Positions 9,427 to 20,355 of a stretch of 64,000 nucleotides of DNA are shown one piece after another. The DNA lies in the IMG/VR virus record IMGVR_UViG_3300045117_000026, positions 1 through 64,000 of that record, one strand, 5' to 3'. The translations under genes were made by a program, and so were the position numbers. The notes beneath the pieces were generated by a model that was not told where the DNA came from, did not search any database, and saw nothing but the letters and a program-made list of their open reading frames with translations. Source of the DNA: a virus. Numbering within the stretch: position 1 is the first letter of the stretch; every line of letters starts with the position of its first letter.

Positions 9427-9873
9427 CTATTTTAATCTTTGTCTTACTAATTCTGAACTTGATTGTAATTTCTCACCACCAACGTTATATCTGATCTCGA
9501 TATTAAGGTTATTACACGTTATGATTTCCTGTGGCGGGAGAGTAAATGGGCCACGGTCGCCACCCTTTGCGAATATGTTCGGGTGGTAATGACTCAGACT
9601 CTGGGCAACAGAGCCGTCATTGTCTATATTGGGGAGTACGGCGTTAACGTCCTTCATGGCAAGCAGGATTTCCGAACGTTCTTTGTAAGGCATAAAGCAG
9701 TAGCCCTTTTTGGCTACTGCCTGTTCATCCGTATTAAGTATGACCCATAAGATGTCACCGAGTTTCTTTGCGGCCTGTATGTATCTTACGTGTCCGATAT
9801 GGAGAGGGTCGAAGTAACCTGAAACCGCAACGACTGTTGTAGCACGTTTCTTTTTCTTACATAGACCGCCCAT
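9427..9873 (-). CDS. HIGH-motif cytidylyl/adenylyltransferase (TagD/RibL/RfaE-like)
   Basis: SGYFDPLHIGH, KGGDR, SSS; likely start at MGGL. Confidence 0.85.
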   Translation of the reverse strand: MGGLCKKKKRATTVVAVSGYFDPLHIGHVRYIQAAKKLGDILWVILNTDEQAVAKKGYCFMPYKERSEILLAMKDVNAVLPNIDNDGSVAQSLSHYHPNIFAKGGDRGPFTLPPQEIITCNNLNIEIRYNVGGEKLQSSSELVRQRLK

Positions 9874-10315
9874 AGTCATCTTCCATTCTAACGATATCCG
9901 TATCGTCATAGTCCTCTGGCCGTGGGAAGCATTCAAGCAATGACAGTGGCGTATCGGCAAGCGATGAAACGCGGTGGATAGTATTAGCTGGTATTACTAC
10001 TGAAGTACCTGTTCTGAGGTACACTCTGGCAAATTCAACGTGGTCAGGGCTATCATGCTCAGTAATCATGCACGGTACCTCTAGATAACCATCATCTAGG
10101 AATGTCATAATTTCTGAACGTTTCTTATGGTACTGGAGTGATGTCCTTGACGCCTTGATAATATGCAACGTCTTGGCTACCACTTTGCCATCCGAGTCTA
10201 CGATAAGATGCTCGTGGCCCCACGGCTTATCAACGCGCACAGGGGCAGAAATAGTTATCATTGGAAACTCCTTCTCGATAGTAGAAACTAAAGCTGATTG
10301 TCGTTTATCATCCAA
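9857..10315 (-). CDS. cupin, mannose-6-phosphate isomerase type II-like
   Basis: VDKPWG, SLQYH..R.E, HR, DIVRMEDDYGR. Confidence 0.85.
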   Translation of the reverse strand: MDDKRQSALVSTIEKEFPMITISAPVRVDKPWGHEHLIVDSDGKVVAKTLHIIKASRTSLQYHKKRSEIMTFLDDGYLEVPCMITEHDSPDHVEFARVYLRTGTSVVIPANTIHRVSSLADTPLSLLECFPRPEDYDDTDIVRMEDDYGRSM

Positions 10316-10545
10316 AGACCGCGACCTGTTGAAAACAATACCATCAGCAATGCCGCAATCCCCATGACAGATACAAGGATAGCTAGAATATTTCCATCCG
10401 CATTAAGTAGAATGGAAATAAAAACCGGCCACCACCCCCCGGTCATTAAGAGTAAAACGAAAACCCTGTAGGCTTTGGCTAACATTGCCATATTCTACCA
10501 CAAACTGTGAGAGACTTTCAAGTAAGGTTTGGGTGCGCGGGAGTC

Positions 10546-10788
10546 TTAACCGCGTACCGCTCCGCTAAGGTTTTTATCTTTTATAGCTCCTGGTGTCAGA
10601 GAGTTCTCTTGAGGGCTTCGACCATCTTTATCGCCCAACACCAGCACCCATCCTTTGTCTCTCAGATATTCGTCCATGAGTTTGAGGACGCTCGAAGCAG
10701 CGAGTGTCATGAACCCCTGCTCTTTACGCATCCAATCTTTGAAGTCTTGCCACTCTATATCAGATACTTTAAGCGTCCTCGTACTCAT
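10546..10788 (-). CDS. ribbon-helix-helix-like small regulator
   Basis: TRTLKVSD strand followed by two helices. Confidence 0.45.
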   Translation of the reverse strand: MSTRTLKVSDIEWQDFKDWMRKEQGFMTLAASSVLKLMDEYLRDKGWVLVLGDKDGRSPQENSLTPGAIKDKNLSGAVRG

Positions 10789-11001
10789 GGATAGCTCCTT
10801 ATGCTACTGCCGTGAACTTTCCCGGTGCGGCTTCCTTAAGCTGCAGGGATACCGTCATGTCCTTCACAAGTTGCGTGGATTTAGGAGCGAAGCTTGCGAA
10901 CTCAGGTTTGTTCTTGAGCATTGAAGCTATCTCCAGCGTTGTTTTCGATGTGCCTGTGCAGAACACGTAAACAGCATCCTTTACTGCAGACATTGGGTCA
11001 G

Positions 11002-11637
11002 CTACCGGGTTGGTGCTTTTGGGGTTGCCTTTACAGGGGCAGCTTTCGTAGGTGGCGAAGTAGCTACCGGGGTAGCAACCTTCTTCGCTGGCGCCGGTGC
11101 CGGGGCCGGTGCTGGCGCTGGCTCTTCGCCGAAGTAGCCGTAGAATTTCGTTGGGACCAATCTCTCAAAGGTTTTGGGTGGGGCATTGGGGTTCTTCCGG
11201 TCTTCCATTGTTTCTTCCTGCCACTTCCAATCGCACTCGAGTCCCTGGAAGCCCTTGGCGTTCTGCCATGTCTTACCTTCATCATCGGTGAGGGAGAATC
11301 TGGCGCTTTCGAAGTTGACTCCGACACTCTCGAGAGCGGCGCAGAATACGGCAAGACCGGCGAGTTCGTTCATTTGCTGGTCAGAAGCGAAGAGAGAACC
11401 ATCTTCATTGATTTCGAACTCCGAGATTGTCTTACCCATTTTGAGGGTAACGTCTTCAACACCATCAGAACCATCCGATGGGACGATGGCGATCTTGAGC
11501 GACGGGCCGTTCATGTACTTTGGGTCATTGGGTAGCCAGCCGGCTGCAGCGATGTAGCCCTTGATTCCGTCCGGGAATGTCTTGGGCTTCCCCTGCGCTG
11601 AGGGGGCAAAGGTGTTCTTTCCAAGTCCAAAAGGCAT
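11002..11637 (-). CDS. putative ssDNA-binding protein with Pro/Ala/Lys tail
   Basis: Acidic beta-rich core, PAPAPA/KA tail, strong SD, replication context. Confidence 0.4.
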   Translation of the reverse strand: MPFGLGKNTFAPSAQGKPKTFPDGIKGYIAAAGWLPNDPKYMNGPSLKIAIVPSDGSDGVEDVTLKMGKTISEFEINEDGSLFASDQQMNELAGLAVFCAALESVGVNFESARFSLTDDEGKTWQNAKGFQGLECDWKWQEETMEDRKNPNAPPKTFERLVPTKFYGYFGEEPAPAPAPAPAPAKKVATPVATSPPTKAAPVKATPKAPTR

Positions 11638-12116
11638 TTAGTTTTCCTCCTTAAAGGATGTATTTTGTTGGACTATCGCTATCATGTGCTGGGCAAGCAA
11701 CACAGTCTTAGCCGAAGATTTTGGCGAGCCAGGATTTGGCGAGCCGAAATCGAGGCGCAATTGTTTGCCATTTGCGCTTGTGGTATACCATGCTGGTTCG
11801 CCCATGGTACACTCGCTTTGGACATCTGTGGGAGACAACTGTAATCGGGCTGTTGCCGGGGTGAGTAACCATATGGGAGACTTTCAGCGCCGTGTTACAG
11901 AAGCTGCACAGGACCTTAGGCTGTCTGATACGTGAGTTCAGCAGGTGCTTTTTATTCGGGAGACGCTTCGGCTTCAAGCTGATTGTCTCCGTTGTACCGC
12001 TCTCGTCTTGTATCAGTTCAGTCCGGTGCGTGAGTGTGGTTTCCATCGCTTCTCCTTTCATTTAGACTTGTCCATTATCTTGCCCTAGTGAATTCCTAGG
12101 GTAGCCTGTTGGACGC

Positions 12117-13133
12117 TTAATTTGAGGCATTGGACGCTGTTTCAGAGGCGTCCCTGCTAGCGTTTACAGGCAATAAGAACCGTGGCGAAATGTTATCTGG
12201 TCGTAAAAGCGACTCATAAGCCATCTCTTCCATCGTAAGCCTAACTTTAGGCGGTGCCTGTTGCGCGACTAGGCTTATGGCATTGGCTATGCCTAGAGTT
12301 GACTTGTCGCTAGCGTATTTACCGTATTGTAACTCAAACAGCACCTTCGCTTTATACTTGCGCGCCATGTTGAGCCGTTCCACTAGAGTCTGAACGTTAG
12401 CAGGTGCAAGCGGGACCGGTTTAGCAAGTTCGCTCATTGGCTTGATAGCCGACAGAAAGCTGTGGAGTTTTGAGCGGAATAAGTCAAGGATTAACTCGGC
12501 GTTGCCCCTATGGACCTGCCGTGATAGCATAACTTCGTCCGTGCTCTTGAGGCCGTTGGAGCAGATAAGGACTTCCCAATAACCGGAGAATGATAGGCTC
12601 GCCAGCCCGCGTACAGAGTTGATAATGATAAGCCCCGTAGATATGCCGAAACTGTCGAGCTTATCCTTGAAAAGGTATTTCGTGTAAGTCTTGGAGCCAA
12701 GGTTAAGATAACCTCGCTTTGCGAAACCAACTTTGTCCTCGGTCATAACTTCCTCTGCGATGTCAATCGCGGACTTCGTCCTTATCGGAACATACTCCTC
12801 GGTAACGGCAGCGTAAATCGTGTTGTTATAAACTCGCAAGACGATCTCGTTGTTTCTGTCCTCGACGAGCGCCCTTGCGACAACAGTATCACGCTGTTGC
12901 CATTGCATCTGTTCGAGTCCCCGTATCGAAAGCCCGAGGTGGTGCATGAGTTGTGTTTCAGCACTGCCCCTGGCGTACATCGCTGTACCATCAGGGAACA
13001 AGACTTTAGTGTATTTGACTTTCTCGTGGTTGTCGTCCGTGATGCGATAGACGGACAGCCTACAATCCGGGGTCAGCTTAACGTCAACGAATTCCTCATT
13101 GGCTACGGCTTCCGGCAATTGTTGATACGACAT
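12117..13133 (-). CDS. DUF932-like protein
   Basis: NS..G...LICSNG...H motif; ATG 13133 has AAGGAG SD. Confidence 0.65.
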   Translation of the reverse strand: MSYQQLPEAVANEEFVDVKLTPDCRLSVYRITDDNHEKVKYTKVLFPDGTAMYARGSAETQLMHHLGLSIRGLEQMQWQQRDTVVARALVEDRNNEIVLRVYNNTIYAAVTEEYVPIRTKSAIDIAEEVMTEDKVGFAKRGYLNLGSKTYTKYLFKDKLDSFGISTGLIIINSVRGLASLSFSGYWEVLICSNGLKSTDEVMLSRQVHRGNAELILDLFRSKLHSFLSAIKPMSELAKPVPLAPANVQTLVERLNMARKYKAKVLFELQYGKYASDKSTLGIANAISLVAQQAPPKVRLTMEEMAYESLLRPDNISPRFLLPVNASRDASETASNASN

Positions 13134-13180
13134 TGTTTCTACTCCTTTACTTTTTTGACCAATTGTTCTACTTTTCTCAG

Positions 13181-13484
13181 AGTTGACAGGAAATTTCCTG
13201 TTTTTGAAGCTAGAGTTGACAGTTGACACCAGTTGACGCGAATTGACAAGGGGAAAGGGGCATTGGGGATAGGGGTCGTACCCTAACCAGAAGAGAGAAT
13301 ACTAGGTTGGACAGTACCGTTAATATATATATATATATATTAATAATAATATTATAATAAGACCCCATGGTTTTATCTCCTCTCTATATATTAAGGCTCA
13401 GCTATAACAACCTGTCAACTAGCTTTAGTCTAGGCTGTCAACTGCCTGTCAACTCTGTCAACTACGATTGGAAGCCTGTCAACT
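13181..13484. repeat. putative replication origin: inverted iteron arrays around an AT-rich core
   Basis: AGTTGACAG-like x5 (13181-13249), (TA)n core about 13320-13360, CTGTCAACT x5 exact (13412-13484). Confidence 0.8.
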
Positions 13485-13875
13485 CCCTAACTTCCATCGT
13501 CGGGCGTCTTTGGAATCATCTTACGGATTGTCCTACCGCAAGAGGCACTGGTGCAGTACCCTGTAGGTATCAGGACATCATCACTGGGAATCTTGACCCT
13601 TATCTTAAAGTCGTCCTCTTTCTTTGACGGCTTGGGTCTCTTTCTCATGTTAGTACATTTCCTCCCAATTCTTTAACTCCTCGCTCGCTATTCGCTCGCG
13701 AGTCGTTAGCCCACTGCTCTTGCGCTGGTTTCCACAACAGAGCGGGTTGGAGCACCGCACCCTGGTCTTGCGCGCTATACCGAGGGTCCTGTCGCTGACC
13801 GATATCATGTGGATCAACCTGCAGAATTTCTTTGCCTTTTTGATGCCATCCCGGAGACGCTTTGTGTGCATCATT

Positions 13876-15072
13876 TTATTTCACCTCTATCTCCATAGAC
13901 TGCCGGAGTTTCAAGAAAGACTTCTGCCCCGTCTTAATAAGTTCAATACGTTCAGCCTGTTGTAAGCCACCTATAATATACCAGAACTGGTCGGCACGAA
14001 CCCTGCCGGACAACTGACGGTGAATATCAGATATGGACATTATATTATTATTCTGTGACAATAACTGGAGTATCTTTGCTTCTACCTTTCCTGCAGACGA
14101 TAACGGGAAGTTGCCATACACGCATGAGGAACTCTGAATGGCATAGTTGCCCCATGCTAAAGCTGCCGACATTGATACATCGGATATCTCGACTTCCCCA
14201 TCGGTAACGGCATAGAGTAACGCCATCTTGAATATCTGCTCCGGAACACGTTCTATGATTTGCCCTAGGATGCCAGGGAACTTCTGATTGCGCCAGTCGG
14301 TGTAGAATGATTTCCACAGCCGTTTAGCATTGTCGCTCATGTAAATCATCCTGACTTCAGTATCGTGGAGCGACTTAATCATGTCGGCAAGGACCATCCA
14401 CATGTCCTGGTCCGGAGAGTCGGGGAATGGATTGGCCGGCTTTGGATAGCCTGTATAGTAAACGAAACGATTGGAAAAGCCACCCATCACCTCTTCCTCT
14501 TGTATGGAAGACTCCAGCCATTCGGGGGTAGTTGATGACAAGATTGAGATAAATGGCTTTTGAAGAGTTAATGGCGCCTTGCGGGTGGGTAAGCTTATGG
14601 CATCAGGGCTATCGTACATATGAGTTAGCATTGGTGGCAAGTTGCTCGAGAAATCCTGCCTTGCCTTACGTAGCAGGGTTGCTAGTTCATCTATATGCAG
14701 GATGTTATTCCATGAGTCCCTGGGTGGGTCCTCATCCGGATTAAACGCCCCCATATGAGATAACAAGCCCTCAGCCGTGGAAACTGAATGTATTGTATGA
14801 ACAAGAGGAATACTCATATCCTTGAGAAGCTTGAGACCCAATGAAGCTGCGGTCGACTTTCGGCTCACGCCGGTGTCGCCTACTAATACTGTGAAGAAAT
14901 TCGGGAACACGGGTCTGCCGTACCATCCACCGACACGACGCCCGATGACCGTCCCAATAACGGTAGCAAGTGTCCCAAAGTGGTATTCATCACATGCCTC
15001 AGTACAATTGCCTACAAGCTCTCGATAGGAAGAAAAGATTCCTCTCCAAACAACGTCAGGGAGAGTTGGCAT
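13876..15072 (-). CDS. DUF3987-family P-loop ATPase/helicase with C-terminal wHTH
   Basis: GDTGVSRKS Walker A, HIDEL Walker B, GF.NRF. Confidence 0.8.
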   Translation of the reverse strand: MPTLPDVVWRGIFSSYRELVGNCTEACDEYHFGTLATVIGTVIGRRVGGWYGRPVFPNFFTVLVGDTGVSRKSTAASLGLKLLKDMSIPLVHTIHSVSTAEGLLSHMGAFNPDEDPPRDSWNNILHIDELATLLRKARQDFSSNLPPMLTHMYDSPDAISLPTRKAPLTLQKPFISILSSTTPEWLESSIQEEEVMGGFSNRFVYYTGYPKPANPFPDSPDQDMWMVLADMIKSLHDTEVRMIYMSDNAKRLWKSFYTDWRNQKFPGILGQIIERVPEQIFKMALLYAVTDGEVEISDVSMSAALAWGNYAIQSSSCVYGNFPLSSAGKVEAKILQLLSQNNNIMSISDIHRQLSGRVRADQFWYIIGGLQQAERIELIKTGQKSFLKLRQSMEIEVK

Positions 15073-15117
15073 ATGTCCCCTTTCGAGTAATGGCTAGCTG
15101 AAAATTGCCAGACTGCC

Positions 15118-15146
15118 ATTCTAGCAAACTAGCCTATCAGAGTCAA
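15118..15146 (-). promoter_or_regulatory. sigma70-type promoter for the helicase gene
   Basis: TTGACT-17-TAGAAT with extended TG. Confidence 0.75.
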
Positions 15147-15154
15147 GTGGGTTA

Positions 15155-15484
15155 TTAGCCCCTCAGGGCTACAATATTATTAGGGTCAGTAAGGTCAATA
15201 ACGAATGGTCCATTGTCGCTGTCGTCACCATCTGCTTGGTTCGCACAGATATAAAGATCGCTTTCAACCCTGTCTAGATGCTTGGTGATGTACCTGATGA
15301 AGTCGACCATGACAGTTTGTGGCTCCAGCCGGTCCAGAGGCATTACTTGTCCAGACCTCTCTTTGCTCAAGAGTTGTGCGTACTCAAGAGCTTGTAAGGC
15401 GAATGCTCTGCCTCCCCAATGGCTGAATAACTGCGGACTCCTTTCTCCTTTGTTCCTGAATGAGATACTTACCCTGTCGCCCAT
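15155..15484 (-). CDS. conserved phage hypothetical protein
   Basis: MGDR...LFSHWGG pattern. Confidence 0.55.
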   Translation of the reverse strand: MGDRVSISFRNKGERSPQLFSHWGGRAFALQALEYAQLLSKERSGQVMPLDRLEPQTVMVDFIRYITKHLDRVESDLYICANQADGDDSDNGPFVIDLTDPNNIVALRG

Positions 15485-15489
15485 TTCTT

Positions 15490-15675
15490 TTATCCTTTTT
15501 GCCCTCGCCGGTGACCGGCCGCAGAGCTAACATTTGGTGACTTCTCAACCATATCCCCTGTATCGCCTATGTAGATACTTGGCCCCTTTAGTTCCTTGAG
15601 TTTGTGCTCGAATGCATCTTTGTTATCCGCTATGTTGCCTATATGGGTATCCCTAAATTGAATTATCTTAGGCAC
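15490..15675 (-). pseudogene. truncated metallophosphoesterase fragment
   Basis: DTHIGN and IGDTGD present; GNHE and later motifs missing. Confidence 0.55.
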
Positions 15676-16339
15676 TTTTACCACTCCTTTGGTTCTTTGT
15701 GTACCACTCAAGACTGCGTAAGGCTTTGTAGACCTCTTCGGTTTTATCCTCGGTACAGCGGACGGAGATGTCAACAAATACTTTTCCTAATACATCAAAC
15801 GCTGGGAATACTATGTTTCCGCATAGCCTTAGTTCGACTGCTTTGTCTGTGTCGGAGATAAGGTAGGCCCTGCCCTCACGATTGTATTTATCTTCATCTT
15901 TCATCCCCAACTTCGCCCTGATATGCTGGGCAAAGGCAGTCGCTTTATCATGCTCGACTTTCTCGTCCTCGATACCTTGGAGCACCCGTTTCTGTTGCTC
16001 CAGCCCTTCGGCATACTTGGCTTTGAGTTTATCGGAGTCAAGGTAGTAGGCAAATTGCTCTGCGCGTGAGACGGTTGTGGTCTTCCCCTCCTTTGGGGGA
16101 GGTATCGCCGTGGCTTTCACGCGCCTAAACCACGTTCTGTTTATTGTGAACGCCACCCCGCCGACATAGTCATTCCAGAGCGGCGGGAACGTGCCGTACT
16201 CCTTGATTCTCAGGTGGTTATAGTCGGTGTATACGAAACCTACTCCAATGATCTCCTTGACGGTCTCTGATAGGCACTTCGACCAGTTGATACTACCATC
16301 CGTGTTCTTGCTGGTTGGTTGGATTCTAACATTGCTCAT
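15668..16339 (-). CDS. hypothetical protein
   Basis: 223 aa ORF with AGGAG SD. Confidence 0.6.
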   Translation of the reverse strand: MSNVRIQPTSKNTDGSINWSKCLSETVKEIIGVGFVYTDYNHLRIKEYGTFPPLWNDYVGGVAFTINRTWFRRVKATAIPPPKEGKTTTVSRAEQFAYYLDSDKLKAKYAEGLEQQKRVLQGIEDEKVEHDKATAFAQHIRAKLGMKDEDKYNREGRAYLISDTDKAVELRLCGNIVFPAFDVLGKVFVDISVRCTEDKTEEVYKALRSLEWYTKNQRSGKSA

Positions 16340-16618
16340 CGTACTCTCCTTCTTGCCCTAGAGTGGACACTCATCAATGATTGTCAATACAAATATTTCC
16401 ATTCTGCTATTTCAAAACATCATAAGCACGAACGTGATACTCTGCTGGTATTATCAAACCATCTCCAGTGCCAAGCTTCTCGAGTGCTACCATATCGCCG
16501 TATTCGTTACGTTTCCACTCCAGTTCTTTTACTTCCGGAAGCTGGGCTGCTTCCTCAGTGTTATATACTCCGAGTATATCAGTAGAGCGTCCCTGTATTG
16601 CTGTCAGGATAAATACTT

Positions 16619-17056
16619 TCATCTTGTTTCCCCTTTCTGTTGGTCTTCTTTTGTTGTTGATTGACAGCAGGTTAGCGTATCAAGCGGAATGCAATGTCGG
16701 CATCGCATCGGGAACATGGAGTACAAATCACATATTTCCTTGTCATGCATAACGGCATGTTGGCACTTCCTTTCAATGCATAAATACCGTTCTTGATTAA
16801 AACAGATGTAACTTGTGTTTATAACAGAGGGATTTGATAGTTCATAGGATTGCTCGAAAATCTCCTTGTCGCAGATGTAGAGTTCTCCCTTAACTCCCTC
16901 GATTAAGTAGTCGCCCTCTTTCCCTTGATGGTTGCCCTCGAGAGAAGCGACCCAGAATGTCTGGTCAATCTGCAATGCTCGTAATGGAATCGGCTTCTTG
17001 ACGTAGAACCTTGCGACTCCATTCATCATTTCCTTGGTAGCTTCAATACCTTTCAT
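16619..17056 (-). CDS. PGDYG-like domain protein with Cys-rich tail
   Basis: KKPI...LEG...GDYLIEGVKGELY.C...IF..SY. Confidence 0.7.
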   Translation of the reverse strand: MKGIEATKEMMNGVARFYVKKPIPLRALQIDQTFWVASLEGNHQGKEGDYLIEGVKGELYICDKEIFEQSYELSNPSVINTSYICFNQERYLCIERKCQHAVMHDKEICDLYSMFPMRCRHCIPLDTLTCCQSTTKEDQQKGETR

Positions 17057-17251
17057 TTACCTGTATCTCCTTACATCCTCTTGAAAAGCACAAAAGCTAT
17101 AAGCACGCCCGCCGCTGCTCCTATAAGCGGGGCAAGTATAATACCTAAGAACGTGTATTGAGGAAACGCTCGTACGAGTAAATAGGTGATTATAATCGAG
17201 ATGAAGAATATTAGCGCGACTAATATAGAGGTTATTGCTGTTTTCATATTA

Positions 17252-17623
17252 CTACTCCTGTTCGATTGTAAAGCTATCAAGGAACTTATCCATCTTGGAA
17301 ACTATTGCTTTGGCTTTCGCCATAGATGAAGCATAAACAATAACTATGTCATTCGACAAATTGATAGAACGTGACTCCATAACCTCTCTAGCAATATCAG
17401 CACAAGAGGCATAGTAGTTTGGATTGTAATTAAGAGGACATTTCGGGCATCTCATCTCTTGATTTGTCTCCCATGGTACTGTGCCACATATGCAATATCC
17501 TTCAATACAGTAAGCGTTACGAGACAACTCGTACAGCCTTTCAGGATTAAACCTCTTTTTGAGCCTGCTCCACTGCTTGTCAGTTAGTCTTATAGCAAAG
17601 TCATTATATTTACCTATTCTCAT
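17252..17623 (-). CDS. Cys-containing paralog family, copy 1
   Basis: M.IG.Y...I.L.D.QW..L..RF.P, CIC, C..CPL shared with 38237 and 38618. Confidence 0.7.
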   Translation of the reverse strand: MRIGKYNDFAIRLTDKQWSRLKKRFNPERLYELSRNAYCIEGYCICGTVPWETNQEMRCPKCPLNYNPNYYASCADIAREVMESRSINLSNDIVIVYASSMAKAKAIVSKMDKFLDSFTIEQE

Positions 17624-17636
17624 TTATATCCTCATT

Positions 17637-18446
17637 TTAGACTAATTCCGTTCCTGTAAGTTCAAATTGAATAGCCTGTTTATACCTGTCAACTGCTATA
17701 CGGCAATAGCGTTCCTCGATGTCAATACCGATACACTTGCGTCCTAGTTTCTTGGCAGCAACAATAGCGGTACCCGAACCGAGAAACGGGTCAAGTATCG
17801 TTTGCCCCTCTAGTGAGTATGTCTGGATAAAGTACTCGAATAGCTTTAATGGTTTTTGTGTCGGATGCAATCCTCTGTCACCCGTTGCTCGGTTGTTAAA
17901 CTCTACGACAGAAGACGGGAATCGCAAAGTGTCTGCTTTGTTATTATATTCCGCTTCTAGATTATTAAACTTACCTACGAACTCGCCACTATTCCGGCGT
18001 GTCGCATCACTGAATAGGTACTTAACACGTTCTGTACCGCTTCCTCGCCTCTCTATCTTTATAGGATAGTAGTTCACCTTTGCTTTGCCGAACACAAGCA
18101 CTTCCTCGTGCTCTTTCATCGGGGCATAGTCGGCTTGAGCAAAATTGCTCGCACACAGTTTCTTGTATATCCATTCATGCCTAAACTGCTTTGGATTACT
18201 GGAAACCAATACAGAAGTATATGGTTGGCTAGCAGTGAATATCATGGCAGAGGACGGCTTGATTAGCCGATTAAATAACGACCACATTTCGTTAGTAGGT
18301 ATAGTTGAATCCCATGAGCAAGATGTTATCCCGTAAGGCGGGTCAGTTAGTATCAAGTCTATGCTCAGTTCGGGGAGTAATGGCAACACGCTCTTGTAGT
18401 CGGCATTATAGACGCATATGTCATTGTCTTGGAAATAGGGTTTCAT
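17637..18446 (-). CDS. N4/N6 DNA methyltransferase (beta class)
   Basis: TDPPY...HPTQKP...ILDPFLGSGT. Confidence 0.92.
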   Translation of the reverse strand: MKPYFQDNDICVYNADYKSVLPLLPELSIDLILTDPPYGITSCSWDSTIPTNEMWSLFNRLIKPSSAMIFTASQPYTSVLVSSNPKQFRHEWIYKKLCASNFAQADYAPMKEHEEVLVFGKAKVNYYPIKIERRGSGTERVKYLFSDATRRNSGEFVGKFNNLEAEYNNKADTLRFPSSVVEFNNRATGDRGLHPTQKPLKLFEYFIQTYSLEGQTILDPFLGSGTAIVAAKKLGRKCIGIDIEERYCRIAVDRYKQAIQFELTGTELV

Positions 18447-18504
18447 CTATAGCTCCATTGCCTGTTGCGCCATTCGCGCGATAATCCATTTAGCACCCCC
18501 TTGC

Positions 18505-18981
18505 TTATGGTACTATGTACATTCTTTTTGCTACTACTACTGTCGGCGAGTACCGGAAGCCAAGCCAGTTGCGGAGTATATTACTGTTCTTGCCTTTAGC
18601 GACTACCTGCTCATAGCGGACTTTGAATACTTTATACCTACAAACTATCTGTGAATGGAGTTCTTGAGAAAGAAGCCTCTTTGCGTCCCTCTTGTTTGTA
18701 TAGATATGAAAACCTGCCGGATAGCTATCATAGTCAAGACAAACAAGCACAGTAGAAGAGTCCTCCTCAGACATATGAACCGATTCGAGCAGAGCATTGT
18801 TAGCATCAGTGTACCATTTGGCTAATTGGAATGGCTCGTGCTCTGAGTCCCTGAATAGGCTGTGGAGTTTGTAATTAGCTTCTGTATCTTGCCTCTCATA
18901 GATAGCGAATACTTTATACCCAACCTTGATCTCTGTACTGGGTGTCTTGAATACCTTGAGACCTTTTGTTTGTAAGCACAT
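18505..18981 (-). CDS. conserved phage hypothetical protein
   Basis: GYKVF...YPAGFHIY pattern. Confidence 0.55.
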   Translation of the reverse strand: MCLQTKGLKVFKTPSTEIKVGYKVFAIYERQDTEANYKLHSLFRDSEHEPFQLAKWYTDANNALLESVHMSEEDSSTVLVCLDYDSYPAGFHIYTNKRDAKRLLSQELHSQIVCRYKVFKVRYEQVVAKGKNSNILRNWLGFRYSPTVVVAKRMYIVP

Positions 18982-19356
18982 TTTATTCCTCTAGAATAAA
19001 TGGTGGTAGCAAGTTCGATAATAGGGCCAGCCGGAACTATCTTTTGGATAATAGGGGTAGAGAGGATGCCAATAAGATGGTACGCCCAGCTCGTAGTGTG
19101 ATTCCTTGTGGTTGGGGTTGTTCTTGCAGGTGCTGCACGCTATGCCCTCTTCTAGGCAGTTACCAGAGAATTGGCACCTTGTTGCTACTGTCTTTGTAAT
19201 CCTTGTAATTCCTTCCATTGGTTTCTCCTTTATTCTTGTAATTTCATCGAAGCCGGTGTTTTCAAAATGCAGAAATGTTTTAGCGAACCATTGCTCAAAT
19301 CCGTTCATTAGCTTGCTCCATTCTCCCATCCAGCAATTCTTAATTTACCTTGCTTA

Positions 19357-20355
19357 TCATCCCAAGTCTGTAAATGCTGTAATAGATAACTGCTCGTGCT
19401 TCAGGCAACTAGGGGAAAACCATATTGTTTCACGCTTGCTGTTTTCACGCCCTTGCCCTTCGCCTTGATTTCCGTAGCCACCCCCGGACTTCCATCGGTA
19501 AACAGCCCAATCATCGGGCATGGGATGTTCTGTATCATAACCGCATAGGGCAATCCGCATTAGTGGATTTTTGCCTGCTTCGATTGCCCACGCTCTGACC
19601 TCCGCCGATACTGCATTACCGCCAGTAGTGTACATACTTTCATAGTCATCATACGGTGGGTCAAGGAATATCCCCGTTAGTCCTAGCACAAACGTAGGTG
19701 ACGGCGTTACTATACGTGACCAATCGCCACAGCATACACGCACATCCTTAAACCGTCCCGATAACCTATCAAACCACTCATATAATGGTTGAGTGGGGCG
19801 GTTGACACCTTCCCCTAGGTTTCTCAGCTGAGGTAGTTGGCGGTTGATACCCCGTGAACCACTCATGTGGGGTAACTGACGATTGACACCCTGTCCTTTA
19901 CCAGCCTTAACCATCAATCCATTCTCTGATACCCATGAGCCTTTTCCTCTACAAAAACCCCGACCTATCCAGCAGGACATACCCCATGCCCACCAGCCTG
20001 CTATCTTTGGGTCATACCAATCAGGGTTGCCCTCCAGTTTAGCAGCCAGTTCATCCTTGCGCTGTACCAGCCAATAGTGACGGGCGTGTAGGTCATTCTC
20101 AATAACAGGATAATCCGCATATTCAGCCGTCTTCTGTGGGTCATGCTTAACTGCTCGCCAAAAGTTGCTAACGTAGCCATCTTTATCATTCACCGTTTCG
20201 ATATGCCCTGTATGCCATGCCGGGCGGCGTAGCAAAACAGCACCGGAGCCAAAGAACGGCTCTACATAGTTCGGCACATCTCCGAACCTGCGCCATACCT
20301 CATCGGCTATTTTAGACTTCCCTCCGAAATAGGGGAACGGTGCTTCAAGTACCAT
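19357..20355 (-). CDS. Dam/D12-class N6-adenine methyltransferase
   Basis: PFPYFGGKS, YVEPFFGSGA, VND, FLDPPY. Confidence 0.9.
   Translation of the reverse strand: MVLEAPFPYFGGKSKIADEVWRRFGDVPNYVEPFFGSGAVLLRRPAWHTGHIETVNDKDGYVSNFWRAVKHDPQKTAEYADYPVIENDLHARHYWLVQRKDELAAKLEGNPDWYDPKIAGWWAWGMSCWIGRGFCRGKGSWVSENGLMVKAGKGQGVNRQLPHMSGSRGINRQLPQLRNLGEGVNRPTQPLYEWFDRLSGRFKDVRVCCGDWSRIVTPSPTFVLGLTGIFLDPPYDDYESMYTTGGNAVSAEVRAWAIEAGKNPLMRIALCGYDTEHPMPDDWAVYRWKSGGGYGNQGEGQGRENSKRETIWFSPSCLKHEQLSITAFTDLG

Noticed and set aside
10921-11557. Long + strand ORFs opposite - strand genes (also 35543-36178)
   Set aside because: Antisense shadows with no SD or motifs.
13134-13627. N-terminal extension of ORF12117 and + ORF 13367
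   Set aside because: Both run through the iteron arrays; the SD supports a start at 13133.
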